64,000 nt of DNA from Gammaproteobacteria bacterium (GCA_965215365.1 CBDCDS010000003.1:2176001-2240000); one strand, 5' to 3'. Positions 38,963 to 48,430 are shown, counted from the stretch's first letter. Program-made: numbers and translations. The notes: generated by a model not told the origin, from the sequence alone.

Positions 38963-39201
38963 CCCGCAGATCTCACCAAGTCGCTTGTTGCCTTATAAAA
39001 CATAATTGCTCTCAATAAGTTATGGTAGTACTGCTGCTCTTTCCACCTGACACACTGCGCTTGATGCGCCCTCGCTGGTCTTGGTTCTGCCTGCGGGCAC
39101 ATGCTTCCTCAACCATAGCTACCGCTATGGTTTCGGTCGCAGGCACCCGCAGGCAGAACCAATCCGGCGCGATCTTCGCATCACTTGGTGAGATATGCGG
39201 G
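38963..39201. mobile_element. MITE (239 bp) inserted at hicB/hicA junction
   Basis: TIRs CCCGCAGATCTCACCAAGT / ACTTGGTGAGATATGCGGG; TTAA duplicated at 38959-38962 and 39202-39205. Confidence 0.9.
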
Positions 39202-39408
39202 TTAAGCGGCAACCTCAATTTGTCTGGTTTCAATAGTCAGTGGCAGCCCCTGTTCGGCTCGCACTTCAAGACAAAGAGAAATTGCCTGTTTGATATTTTC
39301 CATGGCCTGTTCTCTGGTTACGCCCTGACTGACACAACCTGGTATGGCAGGACATTCAACCACCCATACGCCGTCCTCATCACGGTCAACAGTTATATTG
39401 AATTTCAT
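39202..39408 (-). CDS. hicB: HicB family antitoxin
   Basis: DEDGVWVVECPAIPGCVSQGVTREQAMENIKQAI. Confidence 0.92.
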   Translation of the reverse strand: MKFNITVDRDEDGVWVVECPAIPGCVSQGVTREQAMENIKQAISLCLEVRAEQGLPLTIETRQIEVAA

Positions 39409-39461
39409 AAATCCGACACCCTCCAGTTGCTTCTTGCCACTTTCGAAGATGTTACCATAAC

Positions 39462-39713
39462 TTACCCCCCCGCTACCGGCGGCCATATTGCTAGGGTGTC
39501 GCCGTCGCTGAATATGGGTTTGTTGCGGTCTTCCGGTTTGATATAGATGCCATTGAGTAATACCAGATGCGCCATTTCCCTGGGGACATTGTAGTGATCA
39601 ATGATTTCGTAGGCGGTGTTGTGTTCGGATATTTCTATGACGAGTTTGTTATCTACGGCGTCCGGCGGAAGATAATCCGTTAAGCCAGCGTAGAGTTTGA
39701 AGGTAAGTTTCAT
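39462..39713 (-). CDS. MoaD/ThiS family sulfur carrier associated with AOR
   Basis: KLYAGL, LVLLNG, GDTLAIWPPVAGG. Confidence 0.9.
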   Translation of the reverse strand: MKLTFKLYAGLTDYLPPDAVDNKLVIEISEHNTAYEIIDHYNVPREMAHLVLLNGIYIKPEDRNKPIFSDGDTLAIWPPVAGG

Positions 39714-39836
39714 GATCCGGTGTCGCTGTGCGGCAGGTTATTCGACTGGATTGCCCCATGTGCGAGTAATAACGAACAGGCGGGTATTTGCAATTACCAC
39801 AACGCTTCCCGCAGCGTCAGGGGTTGGTCGGTTCGC

Positions 39837-41102
39837 TCAAAGCAGCGCGGCGTTATGGCCGATGGACTGAGTGGCTCCTAGGTAGGCCTCCATGATCCGG
39901 GTCGGGTCGCGCCGCAGGTGCTCTTTCCATTTGCCCAGCTTCAGTCTGGTCTGGATCAGGCCGCGCAGAACGCCTACGTGGTGGGTCAGACCCAACGCCT
40001 GGGCGCCGATCAGGACATCGTCCTGGAATTGCAGGCGGAGATAGCGGTATCTTTCCTCGTCCACCAGTGCTGCGGAGTCACCGCCTTCGACACCCATCCA
40101 CAAGCCGTAGGAAGTGGAAATCAGGCCCATGGTATCGAGCACATTCATGCTCACGCTGCCCTGGTGGCGAGTATCCCGACCACACATGTTCATGGCGGCA
40201 ACCCTGCCATGGTCGGCGGCGGTAGGCTGGATGGCATGCACACTGAACTCCCCGGTGGAGAAATCCCGGCCCTGGCACACATCGCCGGCGGCATAGACAT
40301 CCGCGTGGCTACTCTGCAAGCGGTCATTAACCAGCACGCCGAAGTCGGTGTCAATGCCACTGCCCGCCAGAAAGTCGATATTGGCGCGCACGCCGGTGGC
40401 GGAAATAACCAGGTCCGCAGCCAGACGGTCGCCGTTGTCCAGCCTTGCTGTCAGCCGGCTGCCGCCGTGCTGTTCGATAGCCTCTACCCGGGTCGAGGTG
40501 AGCACCTTGACACCCTTAGCCAGGCACCACTGCTTGATCAGGTTGCCGGCAGTCTGATCCATCATGCGCGGCACCATGCGGTCTCCCATTTCGATCACGG
40601 TCAGGTTGACCCCGCGCGCGGCCAGCGCTTCCAGAATAATACAGCCGATAAAGCCGGCACCCATGAGAATGACGTCGGCGCCTTGGGTGGCATTTTGTGC
40701 AATGTTACGACCGTCTTCCAGGGTCCAGCAGGAATGCACACCGGGCGCATCCAGGCCCGGGATCGGTGGCCTGATGGGGTGCGAACCGGTGGCGATCAGC
40801 AACTTGTCGAAGTTGACCGTAGCGCCACTATCCAACTGCAGAGTATGGGCGCCCGGGTCCGCTGACGCAGCCCGGCCCTGGAGCACCTCAATGCCCTGGT
40901 CGGCATAATGGGAATCCGACTTGCGCAGATAGGTGCCGGTCTCATCAATATCGTCAATGAGGTAGTACGGCAACGCCATGCGCGAGTACGGCGGTTCCGC
41001 TTCGTCGCCGAGCAGCTTGATCGAGCAGGCGGGGTCGGTTTTCCTGAGCGTTTCCGCAGCGATGACCCCGGCGGGGCCGGCACCGATGATGACATGTTGC
41101 AT
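39837..41102 (-). CDS. FAD/NAD(P)-dependent oxidoreductase (AorC-like)
   Basis: GAGPAG, PYSRMALPY, LLIATG, GAGFIG, YAAGD; downstream of AOR. Confidence 0.88.
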   Translation of the reverse strand: MQHVIIGAGPAGVIAAETLRKTDPACSIKLLGDEAEPPYSRMALPYYLIDDIDETGTYLRKSDSHYADQGIEVLQGRAASADPGAHTLQLDSGATVNFDKLLIATGSHPIRPPIPGLDAPGVHSCWTLEDGRNIAQNATQGADVILMGAGFIGCIILEALAARGVNLTVIEMGDRMVPRMMDQTAGNLIKQWCLAKGVKVLTSTRVEAIEQHGGSRLTARLDNGDRLAADLVISATGVRANIDFLAGSGIDTDFGVLVNDRLQSSHADVYAAGDVCQGRDFSTGEFSVHAIQPTAADHGRVAAMNMCGRDTRHQGSVSMNVLDTMGLISTSYGLWMGVEGGDSAALVDEERYRYLRLQFQDDVLIGAQALGLTHHVGVLRGLIQTRLKLGKWKEHLRRDPTRIMEAYLGATQSIGHNAALL

Positions 41103-41135
41103 GTTGTCAGCCTCTGGTAGGGTATGACTTTGCCA

Positions 41136-42986
41136 TTACAAGCCGAGGCGTTGCCGGGTCTCAGCCGTCGGTACGCCCTGTTCAGTCCAGCCGCGCACTT
41201 CGTAGTATTTCGGCATCATCTCATGCAACCGATTGACATTACCCTTGGCCGGGCCGGTCTGAGCCGGTTCCGTCAGCAGGCGTTTCGGCAGAGTGTCGTC
41301 CGCCGCGCTGAGACCTGCCGCCAGATTGAACTCGCGTTCTAAGTTCCAGATGCGTTCGCCCGCTTCCAGCATGGTCTCCGGCGTCCATTCGCCTGCACAG
41401 GCGGCGGCAACCTGAGGCGCGATATCTTCCAACGTCCAGGCGAACGTGGTGAATACACACAGGCCGCTCGAATCCACAATGGCGGTGGCATCTTGGAAGG
41501 CCTTGACCATTTCCGGCTTGCCTTCGGTGGCCAGCGGATCGGTCTTTTCGGGAACGCCCATCACCTCGGAGGAAACGGTGTAACCGCGCAGATGGCAGGC
41601 GCCGCGGTTGGAGGTGGCATAAGCCAAGCCCATACCTTGGATGCCGCGTGGGTCGTAGGCGGGGAATTCCTGCCCCTTGACCGTCATCGACAGGTCCGGG
41701 TGGCCGTACTTCTCGCACAACCGCTTGGAACCCAGACCCAGGTCCAGGCCGAAACCCTCACCCTTGCAGGTCACCTCGGTCGCCCAGGTCAGCGCTTCGG
41801 CAGAACCGAACTTCAGTTCCACGCCGCCGGTCTGTTCCCTGGTAATGGCGCCAAGGTCGTAGAGTTCCATGGCTGCGGCAACGGTGGCGCCGAAAGAGAT
41901 AGGATCGATGCCGTCTTCGTTACAGATGAAGTTGGCATACGTTAATGCGTCGATGTCATCGACGCCGGTGTCCGAACCCAGCGCCCAGGCGGCCTCGTAT
42001 TCCAGGCCGCCGGAGGCGCCCCAGTACTGCGGCTTGTTCTCAATGGAAAAATGGCCCTGGTCGATGGTGGAGATACGCCCGCAAGCAATGGTGCAACCGA
42101 AACAACCGGCATTGGTGACCAAATTGGGCTTGCCGTCGCTTGCGCGTGGCTCGTGCATGGCCTCGGCGGAGATCTTGCTGGCGCCTTCGAACTGTACTTC
42201 ACGCATGTTGCGGGTGGGCATGGCGCCGACCTCGTTGATGATATTCATCAACACCTGGGTGCCATAGGTAGGCAACCCCTGGCCGGTCACTGCATTCTCA
42301 GCCAAAACCTGCTTGCCGGCATTGACCGCCTGCATGAACGCACCCGGGTCCTTGATGTTGCCCACGCCTTTGGTGCCGCGCACGGCAACGGCCTTGAGGT
42401 TCTTGGAGGCCATTACTGTGCCGACACCGGAACGGCCGGCGGCGCGATGCAGATCGTTGACAATGGAGGCATACAGGCAGCCCTTCTCGGCGGCGCGGCC
42501 GACTGCCGCGACGCGCAGCAGCGGGTCCTGGTATTTTTTGTGCAACCACTCGTCTGCAGTCCAGACCGACTGCCCCCAGATCTCGGCGGCAGGGACAATT
42601 TCCACCTTGTCATTCTCAACATACAGATAGACAGGTTGTGGTGATTTGCCCTCAAAGATGATCATGTCGTAACCTGCCGCCTTTAACTCGGCGCCGATGA
42701 AGCCGCCGGAATTGGAACAGGCGACGGCGCCGGTCAGGGGGCTCTTGGTCACTACGGAATAACGGCCACCGGTGGACGCCATGGTGCCGGTCAGGGGCCC
42801 GGTGGTCATAATCAACTTGTTATCCGGACTCAGCGCGTCGCAGGCCGGGTCAATCTCTGCCGCCAGATACTTGGTGGCAAGCCCACGCTGCCCCAGGTAA
42901 AGTCGCGCCCACTCCATCTTCAAAGGTTCGTTGCTGACGGCACCTTCGGTCAGGTTCACTCGCAATACATTATTAGCCCAAGCCAT
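41136..42986 (-). CDS. Tungsten-type aldehyde:ferredoxin oxidoreductase (AorB-like)
   Basis: KSPLTG, SNSGG, AAGRSGVGTVMASKNLKA, CFGCTIAC, LEYE, YDPRG, RGACH, DSSGLC. Confidence 0.93.
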   Translation of the reverse strand: MAWANNVLRVNLTEGAVSNEPLKMEWARLYLGQRGLATKYLAAEIDPACDALSPDNKLIMTTGPLTGTMASTGGRYSVVTKSPLTGAVACSNSGGFIGAELKAAGYDMIIFEGKSPQPVYLYVENDKVEIVPAAEIWGQSVWTADEWLHKKYQDPLLRVAAVGRAAEKGCLYASIVNDLHRAAGRSGVGTVMASKNLKAVAVRGTKGVGNIKDPGAFMQAVNAGKQVLAENAVTGQGLPTYGTQVLMNIINEVGAMPTRNMREVQFEGASKISAEAMHEPRASDGKPNLVTNAGCFGCTIACGRISTIDQGHFSIENKPQYWGASGGLEYEAAWALGSDTGVDDIDALTYANFICNEDGIDPISFGATVAAAMELYDLGAITREQTGGVELKFGSAEALTWATEVTCKGEGFGLDLGLGSKRLCEKYGHPDLSMTVKGQEFPAYDPRGIQGMGLAYATSNRGACHLRGYTVSSEVMGVPEKTDPLATEGKPEMVKAFQDATAIVDSSGLCVFTTFAWTLEDIAPQVAAACAGEWTPETMLEAGERIWNLEREFNLAAGLSAADDTLPKRLLTEPAQTGPAKGNVNRLHEMMPKYYEVRGWTEQGVPTAETRQRLGL

Positions 42987-43005
42987 GTTCAATCTCCTCT
43001 GTTAA

Positions 43006-43461
43006 TCAGTTGGCGGCAGCGTGTGCACGCATCCGGGCCAGTCCGGTGTGGTCAGCATCGACGTAAGTAATGGCTGCCGTGGGACAGGCCCTGGCGCATT
43101 CGGGGTCGCCGCCGCACAGGTCACATTTATATACCACCTTGCTGTCCTGGCTGTAGTTCACCGTGCCAAACGGGCAGGCGATAGTGCATACCTTACACCC
43201 AACGCAGACATCGGCAAGCACCTCCTTGGCGCCGGTTTCCTCGTTCAACACGATAGCCTCAACCGGGCAGGCGTGCATACACCAGGCCTCGCTGCACTGG
43301 GTACAGGTGTAGGGGACAAACCGGCCTTCATCATGGAAGGTGAATACCTTAATCCGGGACTTGGCGGGGTTAAACACCCCTTCGGCCTGATAGGAACAGG
43401 CCAATTCGCATTGCAGGCAACCGGTACACTTCTCCGGCTCAATCTGGAGCGCTCTCAGCAT
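43006..43461 (-). CDS. 4Fe-4S polyferredoxin subunit (AorA-like)
   Basis: Four Cys clusters: CTGCLQCELAC, CTQC..CMHACP, CVGCKVCTIACP, KCDLC..CARACP. Confidence 0.92.
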   Translation of the reverse strand: MLRALQIEPEKCTGCLQCELACSYQAEGVFNPAKSRIKVFTFHDEGRFVPYTCTQCSEAWCMHACPVEAIVLNEETGAKEVLADVCVGCKVCTIACPFGTVNYSQDSKVVYKCDLCGGDPECARACPTAAITYVDADHTGLARMRAHAAAN

Positions 43462-43695
43462 CACAATCTCCTGTTGAATAGTAATGGTTTGGCAGGTAAA
43501 AAGTGAAAAAATGTTATGCTGCGCTAGGGAAAACTCCCAGTTGCAGCAGCTTTGACTTTGATTATAACAGGACTGGACGGCATTTTTCTGTTGTGTGGTT
43601 TGCTGTAGCAACATTTTTCGGATGGGAGGCAGCGTAGCAGAACCATTTCCCGATACCGGGGTCAAATGTACAGACTGACAGGCGCAAGATTATTT

Positions 43696-44517
43696 ATGAA
43701 AACAGCACTTTATACTTTCACCACGTTCATGTTACTGGCTTGCGCTACGGCCGGTGCTGCGGACAGGTCCACGGCTGTCAGGGAAGTCCGCTTTGCGTTT
43801 ATAGGCGAAGCCGGCGGCAACGCACATTCGGGCGTTGTGCAGGGTATCCACGAGGCTAACCTGCAGGGACGATTCCTGGGTCAGAACTACACCTTGCAGG
43901 AGTTCAACCGGAATGATTGGGATGAGATAGACCCGGGCGAGTTTATCGCGCTCATCGTCGCCACCGACGCGGACAACCTGACGCGGATCGGTGAACATTT
44001 CGGCAGCCACGCGGTTTTCAATGTCAGCGCGCACGATGACGCGCTCAGAGCGGCTTGCGCACCAAACCTGTTGCATGTCATCCCCAGTGCCAAAATGCTG
44101 GCTGATGGCAAAGCTCAATGGTTGCAAAAAAAACCGGATGCCGACGTTGAGGCCTCGGGTTGGCACCCGAAGTTTGTGAAATTTGCGGCCCGGGACCTGA
44201 ATAAACGCTACCAGGAACGCTTTTCCCGGCAGCTGGACCAGTATGCCTGGGCCGGCTGGGCCGCAGTGAAGATGACTTCGGATTCAGTGGCCAGGAAAGC
44301 CATCACCGCACCCGGCGCCATGCTGGAGTTCCTCAAAGGCGATCTGGGGTTTGACGGACAGAAAGGTCAGGGCCTGGATTTTCGTAACACCGGCCAGTTA
44401 CGCCAATTACTGCTGATCAGCGACTCTGAGGGGACACTGCTGGGCGAGGCGCCGGTCAGAGGGGTCGCAAAGGCGGACGACATGGACAGCCTGGGGCTGG
44501 CTTCATGCCCGAACTAA
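43696..44517 (+). CDS. PQQ-catabolism-associated periplasmic binding protein-like
   Basis: Signal peptide; EANLQGRFLGQ, DDALRAAC, WH..F...AARDLNKRY, FDGQKG..FRNTGQLRQ, APVRG. Confidence 0.75.
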   Translation: MKTALYTFTTFMLLACATAGAADRSTAVREVRFAFIGEAGGNAHSGVVQGIHEANLQGRFLGQNYTLQEFNRNDWDEIDPGEFIALIVATDADNLTRIGEHFGSHAVFNVSAHDDALRAACAPNLLHVIPSAKMLADGKAQWLQKKPDADVEASGWHPKFVKFAARDLNKRYQERFSRQLDQYAWAGWAAVKMTSDSVARKAITAPGAMLEFLKGDLGFDGQKGQGLDFRNTGQLRQLLLISDSEGTLLGEAPVRGVAKADDMDSLGLASCPN

Positions 44518-44555
44518 GGTATGCTTATGGCAATAATCAAACTACGGAGTCACTG

Positions 44556-45506
44556 ATGAAACATCTTATCACCCTCAGCCTGGTCCTGTTAGCCGGCGCG
44601 CAGCTTGCTTATGCGGCCAGCGGCCGTATCTTCGTCACCAACGAACGCAGCAATGACATATCCGTGATCAACGGCACAACCCTGGAAGTGGAACGCACTA
44701 TTGAAGTGGGCGGCCGCCCCCGGGGTATCGGTATCTCACCGGATGGCGCGGAGTTATACATCGCCGTCAGCGACGAAAACGTGATCGCAGTTGTTGACCT
44801 TGACACCTTGGAACTGTTGCGCAAATTCGAGGCGGGGTCGGATCCGGAAACCTTTGCGGTGCACCCGGACGGCAATATCTACATCTCCAACGAAGACGAC
44901 GCCAAGGCGTCGGTCTTTGACCCTCGCACCGGTGAGCAGTTGGCCGAGATTGAGGTGGGATTGGAACCGGAGGGCGTAGCCATCTCCCCCGACGGCAGAT
45001 ATGTCATTATTACCAGCGAATCAACCAATATGCTGCATGTCATTCAGGTCCCCGAACATACTATTGCCGCCAATATCCTGGTGGGTGCCAGACCGCGCGC
45101 GGCCACCTTCACTCAGGACGGCAAGACTGTCTATTCCACTTCCGAGATCAGCGGCGAGGTGAAAAAGGTCGATATGACAACTTTCGAGGTAGTCGCCGCA
45201 CAGAAGATTGAAAAAGACAATGCCAAACCCAAGGATGTGCTGTTGAACAAGGACGAGACCAAGCTGTATGTCGCCGGCGGCAGAGCCAACAAGGTGGTGG
45301 TCATGGACCCTGAGACGCTGGCAGTACGCAAGGGTATCCCGGTGGGCAAGCGGGTCTGGGGTCTGGCCATGACCAAAGACGGTAGCAGGGTATTCAGCAC
45401 CGACGGGGTCAGCGGCACGGTTTCCGTGATCGACACGGCGCAGGACGAGGTCATCAGGACCATCGAGGTCGGCAAGTTTCCGTGGGGGGTTGTTATCGAC
45501 GACTGA
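44556..45506 (+). CDS. YVTN beta-propeller protein (PQQ-catabolism-associated)
   Basis: FVTNERSNDISVI, VGGRPRGI, VGLEPEGVAISPDG, VGKRVWGL, VGKFPWGV. Confidence 0.88.
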   Translation: MKHLITLSLVLLAGAQLAYAASGRIFVTNERSNDISVINGTTLEVERTIEVGGRPRGIGISPDGAELYIAVSDENVIAVVDLDTLELLRKFEAGSDPETFAVHPDGNIYISNEDDAKASVFDPRTGEQLAEIEVGLEPEGVAISPDGRYVIITSESTNMLHVIQVPEHTIAANILVGARPRAATFTQDGKTVYSTSEISGEVKKVDMTTFEVVAAQKIEKDNAKPKDVLLNKDETKLYVAGGRANKVVVMDPETLAVRKGIPVGKRVWGLAMTKDGSRVFSTDGVSGTVSVIDTAQDEVIRTIEVGKFPWGVVIDD

Positions 45507-45521
45507 CCTGACGGCCACCAT

Positions 45522-45597
45522 GCCGGATTAGCTCAGCTGGTAGAGCGCCCGCCTTGTAAGCGGATGGTCGGCGGTTCAAATCCGTCATCCGGCACCA
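45522..45597 (+). tRNA. tRNA-Thr(TGT)
   Basis: GCCGGAT/ATCCGGC acceptor stem, anticodon loop CTTGTAA, GGTTCAAATCC T-loop, encoded CCA. Confidence 0.95.
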
Positions 45598-45814
45598 TCT
45601 GATCTGAGTGTTGTTTACACGCAGTTTTCGTGAGATAACCACGAAAATCACTGGCACGGTCACCTCGTGTTTGTGAGAGGTGACCTTTACCTGTAAATGT
45701 CGCCTGGTGTAAAAATGCCACGGAGGGCATTCTTAGAATTTACTATAATATAATTGTAATATTACAAAGAAACTACTATTATAGTGTATTTATTGAGTAA
45801 CCTGACCAGACATT

Positions 45815-46150
45815 GTGAAAACATTGATTGAAATATCTTCCGGAATTGAGAAGCGTCGACGTGATTTGGGTTTGAAGCAATCGGATATGCTGATGAAAAT
45901 CGGCATGTCACAGCAACAATACCAACGCATTGAGGCCGGTCACGACATGCGGGTTGCCACTCTTCTGCGCGTCCTAGAAGGGATGGAGCTGGAACTGCTG
46001 ATAGCGCCCCGCGAGCAGGTTCGATACCTAGAAAACCTGCTGCGAACCGGTGAGCATGACTATGGCCTCATTGCTGCCGGTCCTGACTGGCAGGATGATG
46101 CCCGGGAATCCTCATGGGACCCACTATTGAAAGAATTTGAGGACGAATAA
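45815..46150 (+). CDS. XRE-HTH antitoxin (HipB-like)
   Basis: RRRDLGLKQ..IGMSQQQYQRIEAG..LLRVLEGM; upstream of hipA. Confidence 0.88.
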   Translation: MKTLIEISSGIEKRRRDLGLKQSDMLMKIGMSQQQYQRIEAGHDMRVATLLRVLEGMELELLIAPREQVRYLENLLRTGEHDYGLIAAGPDWQDDARESSWDPLLKEFEDE

Positions 46151-46152
46151 CA

Positions 46153-47421
46153 ATGTCTGAAACTAGCCGGGAAGCAGAATCCATTGAAGCGTTGCAACTG
46201 ACCTTGCATGGGCACAAGGTTGGTATTCTCACCCATTACACCGGCGGCAGGAATATCCTGACCTTTGACCCGGAATACCGGGCATTGCCGGCGCGTGACC
46301 GGCCGACAATGACGCTAACTCAAAGAATAGACCCCGACTACCCGGACAAGGTGTTGACAAGTTCCCAGAGAGTCCCGCCCGTCCTGTCCAATCTGTTGCC
46401 AGAAGGTGCGCTGCGCGAACTGCTGTCCGGAGCATTGAAAATTCATCCTGCAAACGAGTTTCCTTTACTGGCATGGGTCGGCAACAACCTGCCCGGGGCC
46501 ATCATCGCAACGCCGGTGCCTGCCGGCGAGATTCCGGGCTGGGCCTTGTCGGCGCGAAACCACATTGAAGCGGTCCGGATTGACGTTGCGGGAGGTGAGC
46601 CGAAGTTTTCACTGGCCGGTATCCAGATGAAATTTTCCACCATCCGGCAGGACGGACGCTACAACATCAGCGCCGGGTTGGGGACTGATAACTGGATCGT
46701 CAAAACACCGTCCACCCTTCACCGGAACGTGCCGGAAAACGAATTCAGTGCCATGAAACTGGCCGAAGCAATCAACGTGTATATCCCCGAGATAGCTCTC
46801 ATTTCCCTGGATACACTGGACAACCTGCCTTCAATTCAACTGCCGGAGGAGGCACATGCTTATGCCATCCGCCGTTTCGACCGTAGCGCCCGCGGGCGTA
46901 TCCATGCAGAAGACTTCGCCCAGGTATTCGAGTTGTTCGCCCACGAAAAGTATGGGAAGGCCAATTACGAACAGGTTGCCGGCGCACTGTACCGTTACGG
47001 CGCCGGCGGGTTGGCGGATATCCAGCAGATGGCCCGGCGTTTGCTGGCGAATATCCTGCTGGCGAACGGCGATGCCCACTTGAAGAACTGGACCCTGACA
47101 TATCCCGACGCAATCAACCCGAAACTGGCGCCAGCCTACGATATCGTATCGACGCTGCCGTACGTCCCGAGCGAAACCGGCATCGCACTAAACTTAGGCA
47201 GACAGAAAAAATGGCATTCCATCAACCTCGACACCTTTCAGACCTGGAGTAAACGAATAGACGTCCCGTGGCCGGCCGTGAGAGTGCATTTGCTCGATGC
47301 CTTGGCAGCCGCCCGCGACCTGTGGCCGGGGATGTTGCAGGACTTGCCCATGCATGGGCTACACAAGGAAGTCTTGAGAAGCCACTGGACGAAACTTTCC
47401 GCAGACCTTAAATTGCCGTGA
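46153..47421 (+). CDS. hipA: HipA-family kinase toxin
   Basis: NLLPEG, KFSLAGIQMKFS, WIVK, RRFDR, NGDAHLKNW, LAPAYDIV. Confidence 0.93.
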   Translation: MSETSREAESIEALQLTLHGHKVGILTHYTGGRNILTFDPEYRALPARDRPTMTLTQRIDPDYPDKVLTSSQRVPPVLSNLLPEGALRELLSGALKIHPANEFPLLAWVGNNLPGAIIATPVPAGEIPGWALSARNHIEAVRIDVAGGEPKFSLAGIQMKFSTIRQDGRYNISAGLGTDNWIVKTPSTLHRNVPENEFSAMKLAEAINVYIPEIALISLDTLDNLPSIQLPEEAHAYAIRRFDRSARGRIHAEDFAQVFELFAHEKYGKANYEQVAGALYRYGAGGLADIQQMARRLLANILLANGDAHLKNWTLTYPDAINPKLAPAYDIVSTLPYVPSETGIALNLGRQKKWHSINLDTFQTWSKRIDVPWPAVRVHLLDALAAARDLWPGMLQDLPMHGLHKEVLRSHWTKLSADLKLP

Positions 47422-47525
47422 TTCACCCGGATAATAAATTCGATGACGCGATACTATCCCGCAGGGCGCATCAAGCGCAGTGGGTTATCACGAGGTAACC
47501 ATATGTATTGAACCTGGACAAGGTC

Positions 47526-47554
47526 TTGAATTGGGTTCAAGAAAGCGTTATACT
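47526..47554 (+). promoter_or_regulatory. Sigma70 promoter of ssrA
   Basis: TTGAAT-17 bp-TATACT upstream of tmRNA. Confidence 0.7.
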
Positions 47555-47595
47555 CCCGGTCGGTACTCGAGAAACTGAGTACCGTTCGTTTTCAT

Positions 47596-47952
47596 GGGGG
47601 CGTATCTGGTTTCGACGAGGGTACTGAATCCCAAGGGGCATGCCGAGGTGCAGAGTACCTCGTTAATCCATCTGCAAACTTCAATAGTTGACGAAAAGTA
47701 CAACTACGCTCTGGCCGCTTGAACCGGCCAGCCTCTGACTGATTGGTGCTTGTGCTGTCTGTCCAGAGGTTATAACCACAAGATCGCGCTGAAGTCTGTC
47801 CCGGGTGGAGGCGTTAAATCCTAAGGGAATCGTTGCCTGCGTTCCCCCGCCGTTTCGGGTAACAGGCGATTAAATTTAACGAAACGGCTAAGCATGTAGA
47901 ACCGAAGGTTGATGGCTCGCGGACGCCGGTTCGACTCCGGCCGCCTCCACCA
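47596..47952 (+). ncRNA. ssrA: tmRNA
   Basis: 5' GGGGGCG..GGTTTCGAC, 3' GGTTCGACTCC..CGCCTCCACCA with G3:U pair; tag ORF ..NYALAA-stop at 47690-47722. Confidence 0.96.
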
Positions 47953-48010
47953 ATAAGGCGTCTCTAAAAATCAGAGACACCCTTGCTGCACAAGGATGTG
48001 CGGCCACGTT

Positions 48011-48412
48011 TCAACCAGAGCTCGCAGCGCCCTCATCTTCTTCCGAGTTCGGCAGCGGCCGGTCAACCAGTTCCACGATAGCCATGGGCGCCTTGTCGCC
48101 GGCCCGGTGGCCGCATTTAAGGATGCGCAGGTAGCCACCCGGACGACTGCGGTAACGCGGCCCCAGTTCATTAAACAATTTGGTCACCGTGGTCCGATCG
48201 CGCAACCGGGAGAATGCTAGCCTGCGTCTGGCAACGGAATCGGTTTTTGCCAGGGTAATCAACGGTTCCGCGACACGCCGCAGCTCCTTCGCTTTGGCCA
48301 GAGTGGTTTTAATCACTTCATGCTGCACCAGCGAGGCAGCCATATTACGAAACATTGCCGTACGATGGCTGCTGTTCCGGTTCAGTTTCCGTCCGCTTTC
48401 TCTATGACGCAT
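48011..48412 (-). CDS. rplQ: 50S ribosomal protein L17
   Basis: [27 protein letters not shown]. Confidence 0.98.
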   Translation of the reverse strand: MRHRESGRKLNRNSSHRTAMFRNMAASLVQHEVIKTTLAKAKELRRVAEPLITLAKTDSVARRRLAFSRLRDRTTVTKLFNELGPRYRSRPGGYLRILKCGHRAGDKAPMAIVELVDRPLPNSEEDEGAASSG

Positions 48413-48430
48413 TTCGACTACCCACCCCTG

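Noticed and set aside
39012-39233. 73-aa ORF inside the MITE as a transposase
   Set aside because: Too short, with no DDE motif, and it starts outside the element.
45598-48010. Prophage or integrative element at tRNA-Thr or ssrA
   Set aside because: No integrase, att duplication or phage genes are visible.
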